A DNA stretch of 64,000 bases from positions 28,002 to 92,001 of the IMG/VR virus record IMGVR_UViG_3300021375_000017. The stretch is one strand, 5' to 3'. Below the pieces are notes generated by a model that saw only the letters and a program-made list of their open reading frames with translations, made no database searches and had not been told where the DNA came from. Positions 58,480 through 64,000 of the stretch are shown one piece after another (the stretch's first letter is position 1; each line of letters opens with the position of its first letter). Source of the DNA: a virus. Both the position numbers and the translations under genes were made by a program.

Positions 58480-58689
58480 ATGACTGAACACAAGATTGAC
58501 TACAAGATTAAATACAAACCTCAATTCCCAGAACCTTCTAATTGGCAGTGTTATTTGTATGGAAACAGACCTGGAGGATGGGGATTGGTATACTGTCCAG
58601 AAAAAGGAAAAGTACCAAATCGTTTTGTGAGATTTATGATGAGAATTTGTTTTGATTGCTATTGGGTAAAGAAGGACAACAATGACTGA
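58480..58689 (+). CDS. hypothetical protein
   Basis: ORF with a GGAG RBS. Confidence 0.55.
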   Translation: MTEHKIDYKIKYKPQFPEPSNWQCYLYGNRPGGWGLVYCPEKGKVPNRFVRFMMRICFDCYWVKKDNND

Positions 58690-58805
58690 AAAAGAAGGAC
58701 AACTTTACTTTGTTATATCTGAATGGTGGGATCAAGTTTTCACATCAGGAGATAGCAAAGACGTGAGCATCCGTACACTTGTAGAATACATTATGGAACT
58801 GGAGG

Positions 58806-59048
58806 ATGAAGATGATGATTGATTATGACAAGTTTAAGCAAATGTTTCTTCAGGGTGCTGCTTTCAGTATTGGTATTGTAGGCATTGCAATCATCTGTAT
58901 TGTTATGCTCTCTGGTGGTGAAGATGAAACACTCATGAAACCACATGCCGAAGTAGTTGACACCTACAAAGGATGTGATATAGTAAGATGGTCTACGAGT
59001 AAAATGGCTGAGTATAAGTATTTCCTCTACTGTGAGAAAAACAAATGA
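58806..59048 (+). CDS. membrane-anchored hypothetical protein
   Basis: TM plus VVD.YKGCD.VR. Confidence 0.6.
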   Translation: MKMMIDYDKFKQMFLQGAAFSIGIVGIAIICIVMLSGGEDETLMKPHAEVVDTYKGCDIVRWSTSKMAEYKYFLYCEKNK

Positions 59049-59359
59049 CGTATTTTAAATACATCACAGATCATCTGCTTCGTGCTTGGGTTCAGTCCTG
59101 GACTTATAACTTCAGGATTTGGGCAGACCTAATGACCAATAACTATGAGACATATGCTAATCCTTATGGTGAAAGTCCAGAACGAGAATGTTATGAATGG
59201 TTCTGGGCATCTATCAATATGGATGAGACATACCCTAAAGAGTTCCTTGAATATCTTCAGCAGATGGTAGATGATATTGATAGTGGTAAAGTGAAGACAT
59301 ATCCTATGGATGATGTTCTTAAAATATGGACAGAAGATGCACAAAAGTATTATGACTGA
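59045..59359 (+). CDS. hypothetical protein
   Basis: EC..WFW...ETYPKEFLE.L. Confidence 0.65.
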   Translation: MTYFKYITDHLLRAWVQSWTYNFRIWADLMTNNYETYANPYGESPERECYEWFWASINMDETYPKEFLEYLQQMVDDIDSGKVKTYPMDDVLKIWTEDAQKYYD

Positions 59360-59540
59360 CAACTGGAAGAAATGGACTATCTGGACTTCCATTTATGTTT
59401 TTGATTATTGTGTGTTTTCTTGGAGAAATCACATGTGGCCACATCTTGATGGATACGCAGATGAAGGTATGATGAAAACACTTTTCTGGCATTACCTAAA
59501 CTACGGCAATACTACAATCTACTATGAATGGGACAACTGA
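59352..59540 (+). CDS. hypothetical protein
   Basis: Coupled ORF. Confidence 0.5.
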   Translation: MTDNWKKWTIWTSIYVFDYCVFSWRNHMWPHLDGYADEGMMKTLFWHYLNYGNTTIYYEWDN

Positions 59541-59827
59541 TGACTGATTACGAACAAAAACTCTATGATGTGATTGCTGATTGGTGGGATGAAGTGTTTG
59601 TTGTCAATCCACCATCAGTAGATCGTGATGGTGAGTATATGGATAAGAACCCTACCATCATTGACCTTGTAAAATCTATCAGTGAGATAGATGATTGGGA
59701 TAAACCAATCCCAGAAGGTGTTGATCCTTACAATTTAACTGGAAGAGATCCAACACGTTCTGTATGGAAGAATGGTAAACGCCCTTCCCCAGATTATTAC
59801 GAAATATGGTATACAAAAGAACAATGA
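59540..59827 (+). CDS. hypothetical protein
   Basis: TGATG-coupled ORF. Confidence 0.55.
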   Translation: MTDYEQKLYDVIADWWDEVFVVNPPSVDRDGEYMDKNPTIIDLVKSISEIDDWDKPIPEGVDPYNLTGRDPTRSVWKNGKRPSPDYYEIWYTKEQ

Positions 59828-60144
59828 CACACAACCTCCCAGATAAAGATGATGCTCCATGGTTGAATACAACTCTGGATGGATTCAATGAAGAACTTGC
59901 ATTAAAATCTCTTGGAATTGATCGTGAAACTTTTGGACAGAAACCTTGGAATGAAGGTGATTTAGATTATGAAGCACCAAATGGTGATCACATCAAGAAC
60001 TATCCTGATGTCACCCGTGTAGAGGTGATTGGTAGTGATGGACGTGAGTATGTTCGTTATGAATGTTCTAACGTTCAGGTGTCACTACAGGATGACGGAC
60101 AAACAATCAAAGTATTTCTATTTTCTACCTATGACAATCCCTAA
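59824..60144 (+). CDS. hypothetical protein
   Basis: VTRVEVI...GR.YV...SLQDDG.T.KVF. Confidence 0.6.
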   Translation: MTHNLPDKDDAPWLNTTLDGFNEELALKSLGIDRETFGQKPWNEGDLDYEAPNGDHIKNYPDVTRVEVIGSDGREYVRYECSNVQVSLQDDGQTIKVFLFSTYDNP

Positions 60145-60514
60145 TTTCAAATCCCGACATGATTGGGAAGCATTTACATCAATGTTTGATGCACGTTGGC
60201 ATTGTAAGAAAGCATTGCTAGATCGTGTCAAAGATGATCTCTATCCCAAATATAGATGGGAAGAACTCAATGCAGGAACACTTGAAGTGATCAATGACAT
60301 CACACAATCTCTGTTGTATGATGTAGAGCACACATTCAAAGAAGAGCATCCAGAGTATAAGACTGAGGATGATGAATGTTTTATCCCTCGTTCTTCATTC
60401 AAGGAGAATGTAACAGAAGCTCTTCTGGAAGCAAACCAGAAGTTCTGGAACTCTGCTAACGAATGCCCTCCATGTGACACTCTGCATGTAAAGAATGTGA
60501 TAAAGCAAGAGTGA
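60131..60514 (+). CDS. hypothetical protein
   Basis: ORF. Confidence 0.6.
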   Translation: MTIPNFKSRHDWEAFTSMFDARWHCKKALLDRVKDDLYPKYRWEELNAGTLEVINDITQSLLYDVEHTFKEEHPEYKTEDDECFIPRSSFKENVTEALLEANQKFWNSANECPPCDTLHVKNVIKQE

Positions 60515-60840
60515 AGGCAAGACATCAAGCAAACCCAGAACGCACAAGAAATAATGATCTGAAAAGAAACTATGGTATAACTCTTGAAGAACATACAAAA
60601 ATGTATGAAGAACAAAATGGACGATGTGCTATTTGTGGTAATGAAGGTAATGGTAAGTGGAAAAAGTTATGTGTAGACCATTGTCACACCACTGGTAAGA
60701 TTAGAAAACTACTCTGCAACAACTGTAACACCGCACTGGGGCTGGTAGGAGACAATGTAGATACCCTTCAGAAGATGATTGAGTATCTTGCTGCTGCTGA
60801 GTCTACACCTGTAGCACTCGTAGCACCATCTGTAGGATGA
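60511..60840 (+). mobile_element. EndoVII-like homing endonuclease, probably 5'-truncated, ending in a D1 C-terminal tail
   Basis: YGIT...Q...CAIC...VDHCH.TG.IR.LLC..CN.ALG; ends [17 protein letters not shown]. Confidence 0.8.
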
Positions 60841-60929
60841 TATGCCTGATGGTAGTCTTCACCACTCCCTTGACGGGGGTGCTTTTTTATTGTATAATGA
60901 CCACAGATAAAACTAACCAAGAATGTCAT

Positions 60930-61163
60930 ATGTCATATGAATACGGATCAAAAGAATTCTATGCAGAACAATTTGCTGATTTGATTGCAGATGTTCAACA
61001 TGACTCGCCAGAATTTAGTGACAATCTAGTTGCTGGCTTCTTGCTTGCCCTTGATGACTGGCGTCAGTATCACGTCAAGCAAATTCTAGAACTAGACAGA
61101 GTTGAATTTAAACTCAATGACCAAAATAGTGACCACATGACAAACACCCCAGATGAAATTTAA
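60930..61163 (+). CDS. hypothetical protein
   Basis: ORF after the promoter at 60870-60898. Confidence 0.6.
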   Translation: MSYEYGSKEFYAEQFADLIADVQHDSPEFSDNLVAGFLLALDDWRQYHVKQILELDRVEFKLNDQNSDHMTNTPDEI

Positions 61164-61434
61164 AGCATTAGTATTCATCCGTCTACGATCACAGGTTGAT
61201 GACTCTCCAGGTAATGCTGTGAGAGATGGTAGTAAGCGATTGTCTGAGCTGAATATCAAGAAACTTAGACTTGGTAAGGTAATTGATATTTGGTTGGAAG
61301 CACCGACCAGAGAGTATGCAGTGAAAGAAATTGAAATGCTTTCTGATCGTTTCTATGCCAACACAGTCATGGAAGATTGGGACTATGAATTGACTGAGAT
61401 TGAAAGTTTCCCCAAAGGTATTGACAATGGATGA
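61153..61434 (+). CDS. purS: FGAM synthase subunit PurS
   Basis: V.D.PG.AV...RLGK.I...AN.VMED. Confidence 0.88.
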   Translation: MKFKALVFIRLRSQVDDSPGNAVRDGSKRLSELNIKKLRLGKVIDIWLEAPTREYAVKEIEMLSDRFYANTVMEDWDYELTEIESFPKGIDNG

Positions 61435-61621
61435 TTTTAACGCACCAGGATCCAATAAGAGTTGGATGGACGATGGTTTCAAGAAGTATGCTGCTGAATG
61501 GCAACTCAATAATATTGAGAAACTATTAGATGCTAAGGTAGAACGCTGTCATGTATACAACAGCGACGACCGAGATGTAGTATACAATCAAATTACTATT
61601 ACATACAAACAGGAGGACTAA
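61427..61621 (+). CDS. hypothetical protein
   Basis: Coupled ORF. Confidence 0.55.
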   Translation: MDDFNAPGSNKSWMDDGFKKYAAEWQLNNIEKLLDAKVERCHVYNSDDRDVVYNQITITYKQED

Positions 61622-62319
61622 TGGAAGTAATTGTAGAAGGAAAGGTAAAAACAGTATATCAAGGTGACGATGCTGATCGTGTCATCATTGAGTATCACGA
61701 TAAAGTGACTGCAGGGAACGGAGAGAAGGAAGATCATCCTTTAGGAAAAGGATCTCTCTGTTGCAGTATCTCATCTGTTATCTTTGAGAAACTTACTAAA
61801 GAAAATATTCCAACCCATTACATTGATATGGTTGGTGCTAATAAGATGATCTGTAAGAAGGTAGAGATTGTTCCACTAGAAGTTATTTGTAGGAATCGTG
61901 CTGCTGGATCTATTGTTCGTGAGACAACTCTCAAGGAAGGTTATCCTCTTCCTCATCCTATTGTAGAATTCTTCTTAAAAGATGATAGTAAGCATGACCC
62001 TTTACTTACACCAGATCGTGTGCGTTTGATGGGATATGATCCTGAACCTTTCATTGAGATGACACTAAGGATTAATGATTACCTTCGTCAGATGTTCTAC
62101 ATCATGGGTATTGATCTTGTAGATTTTAAAATTGAGTATGGATATACTGCTCATGGTGAGTTACTACTTGCCGATGAGATCAGTCCTGATAGTATGAGAC
62201 TATGGAAGATTGGTAGTGACGAAAGATTTGATAAAGATCTATTCAGAAACGATGAAGGTGATATTGTCCCTGCCTATCGTGAGATCCTTGACCGACTACA
62301 ACCCCTTGCAATTCAATGA
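61621..62319 (+). CDS. purC: SAICAR synthetase
   Basis: EGK.K.VY, PLEVI.RN.AAGS, DFK.E.G, LADEISPDS.RLW, DKD.FR. Confidence 0.96.
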   Translation: MEVIVEGKVKTVYQGDDADRVIIEYHDKVTAGNGEKEDHPLGKGSLCCSISSVIFEKLTKENIPTHYIDMVGANKMICKKVEIVPLEVICRNRAAGSIVRETTLKEGYPLPHPIVEFFLKDDSKHDPLLTPDRVRLMGYDPEPFIEMTLRINDYLRQMFYIMGIDLVDFKIEYGYTAHGELLLADEISPDSMRLWKIGSDERFDKDLFRNDEGDIVPAYREILDRLQPLAIQ

Positions 62320-62576
62320 CTGAAGAACAACTTGACAAGATCCGTTTTAGATTTGGTGGAGACTGGTATGATACTTGGTGGTTAGCAATCAGTGAAAGGT
62401 TTGATTCATTAAACTCATTAGCATCGTGGGAACCAAGTTTCTTTGATCTCATCAATAAAGGATGGTTAGATATGTACTACATACCCCCAAAGAAACAAAC
62501 TCAAGAAGAGTATATTAAATCCTTCCTTAACTCCAACCCATACTATAACGAGAAGTATTACGGATATGAAACATGA
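62316..62576 (+). CDS. hypothetical protein
   Basis: Coupled ORF. Confidence 0.55.
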   Translation: MTEEQLDKIRFRFGGDWYDTWWLAISERFDSLNSLASWEPSFFDLINKGWLDMYYIPPKKQTQEEYIKSFLNSNPYYNEKYYGYET

Positions 62577-62803
62577 AACTAATTAAGTTCACCCGTGATT
62601 GTGATTTTGGACAAGATTGGTATGTCCAAGTATTATTCACCAAACGATGGGCACTTTTTCAAGCATCAGCACATTGGTATGAGTATCCTGTTTGGCCTTT
62701 TCTTCAAATCCAATCTGGTATGGGCAATCTAATTTCTATTTTGTTTAGTTTCTATAAGTTTGGATTCAATATTGGATTACTGGAACGCACTTGGAGATTT
62801 TAA
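62573..62803 (+). CDS. hypothetical protein
   Basis: Coupled ORF. Confidence 0.55.
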   Translation: MKLIKFTRDCDFGQDWYVQVLFTKRWALFQASAHWYEYPVWPFLQIQSGMGNLISILFSFYKFGFNIGLLERTWRF

Positions 62804-62805
62804 TA

Positions 62806-63039
62806 ATGACCATCAAAGAAAAAAAGACCCTACTTAAGAAACTTGAAACTGCCTATAAAACTTGTTTTGATTGTGGACACAAGTATGGAGTTTATTCTGT
62901 AGGTTGTTCATCTGTTTATGAATCAAAGTGTGGTGTATGTGGTGAGACAAAACCTATTACAGAAACCCGAGACTTTGGTTTCTTCAGTAGTACAATACGC
63001 AAACTTAAAAAAGAGATTAATGAAACACGAAATCCCTGA
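62806..63039 (+). CDS. zinc-finger hypothetical protein
   Basis: CFDC...CGVC...TETRDF. Confidence 0.6.
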   Translation: MTIKEKKTLLKKLETAYKTCFDCGHKYGVYSVGCSSVYESKCGVCGETKPITETRDFGFFSSTIRKLKKEINETRNP

Positions 63040-63289
63040 TATCATTAGAAAGAATTCTTTTGATTGCTTCAAGAGTTTGAATGAAGCAGAACGTGCTGTT
63101 GTTATGTTTGGTGAGGATGAGTATCGTAAGTCATTAGACCTTGATAATGATGATGCTCCCTGTTGGAAGATACCTAGTGGAGAGTCAACTACCTTTGTTG
63201 GTTGGAACCCTATGTGTATCCCAACGATGGATTACATAGTATGGAAACTACAAAACCGTGAGAAAATTATTAAAGGAGAAATTTACTGA
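63020..63289 (+). CDS. hypothetical protein
   Basis: Coupled ORF. Confidence 0.55.
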   Translation: MKHEIPDIIRKNSFDCFKSLNEAERAVVMFGEDEYRKSLDLDNDDAPCWKIPSGESTTFVGWNPMCIPTMDYIVWKLQNREKIIKGEIY

Positions 63290-64000
63290 TGGACTATAAA
63301 ACTTCTGGTGTTGACATCATTAAGGGACGATCTTTTGTAGATTATATCAAAGCACTGGCACCTAACATTGGTGGGTTCAATGGAATAATGGAAATCCCAT
63401 CGGGATATGAGAAACCTGTACTTGTATCTGGTGCTGATGGTGTCGGAACTAAAATTAATATCTGTAGGATTGCTAATGATTACACCACTATTGGTCAGGA
63501 TCTCGTTGCTATGTGCGTCAATGACGTTATATGTTCTGGTGCTAAACCATTATATTTTCTAGATTATATCTCTACCAAATCACTTGATGATAATGTCAGT
63601 GATATTGTGCGTGGAGTTGCCACTGGTTGTGCAATGGCTGGAATGGAATTACTAGGTGGAGAAACTGCCGAACATTTTAGAGCAAATGATTATGACCTTG
63701 CTGGTTTCTGCACTGGTATTGTAGAGAAGAACCAGATTATTGATGGTAGTGAAATGTGGCCGGGTGATGTAGTCATCGGTATTGAGAGTAGTGGTCTTCA
63801 TAGTAATGGATACACACTGGTCAATGATATGCTGTGGCGAAATTATATTTACTATAAGGAGATGCCGGAACTGTTGGTGCCAACCACCATCTATGCCCGT
63901 CTCATTCAGCACCTGTTGGACGAAGTTCCTATCCTAGGAATGGCACATATTACTGGAGGAGGACTGCCTGAGAACCTCCCACGATGCCTTCCAGAGCATC
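63289..64000 (+). CDS. purM: AIR synthase PurM (3'-partial)
   Basis: Hand translation MDYKTSGVDI...DGVGTK...DLVAMCVND...GGETAE...SSGLHSNGY...HITGGGLPENLPR. Confidence 0.95.
   Translation, partial: MDYKTSGVDIIKGRSFVDYIKALAPNIGGFNGIMEIPSGYEKPVLVSGADGVGTKINICRIANDYTTIGQDLVAMCVNDVICSGAKPLYFLDYISTKSLDDNVSDIVRGVATGCAMAGMELLGGETAEHFRANDYDLAGFCTGIVEKNQIIDGSEMWPGDVVIGIESSGLHSNGYTLVNDMLWRNYIYYKEMPELLVPTTIYARLIQHLLDEVPILGMAHITGGGLPENLPRCLPEH

Overview
This window comes from a T4-like marine cyanophage (Synechococcus/Prochlorococcus myovirus) genome, with almost all genes on the + strand. In order it holds: the replication core (gp44, gp62, regA, hsp20, gp43, uvsX, gp41, mazG); a block of probable virion proteins; gp61 and nrdAB; three tRNAs; a wcaG-type RNA ahead of a ~10 kb sugar-modification cluster; a Pho-box/pstS module; a run of tiny membrane peptides including an NdhP-like one; and psbA, talC, purS, purC and a partial purM. 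Three things stand out. (1) A translationally coupled CmoA-like carboxy-SAM synthase, AsnB-like glutamine amidotransferase and C5-cytosine 'methyltransferase' whose motif X has Arg in place of the usual Asn (GRMV vs GNxV). This predicts carboxymethylation of DNA cytosine followed by amidation. (2) Two neighbouring fractured genes, uvsX and gp41, each broken by a split intein with a free-standing HNH endonuclease between the halves; the gp41 N-intein is only 16 aa. (3) A duplicate psbA 3' tail fused to a truncated EndoVII-type nuclease 5.5 kb downstream of a psbA whose own 3' end looks recoded. All calls come from reading motifs by eye; no database searches were run, and literature points are from recall.
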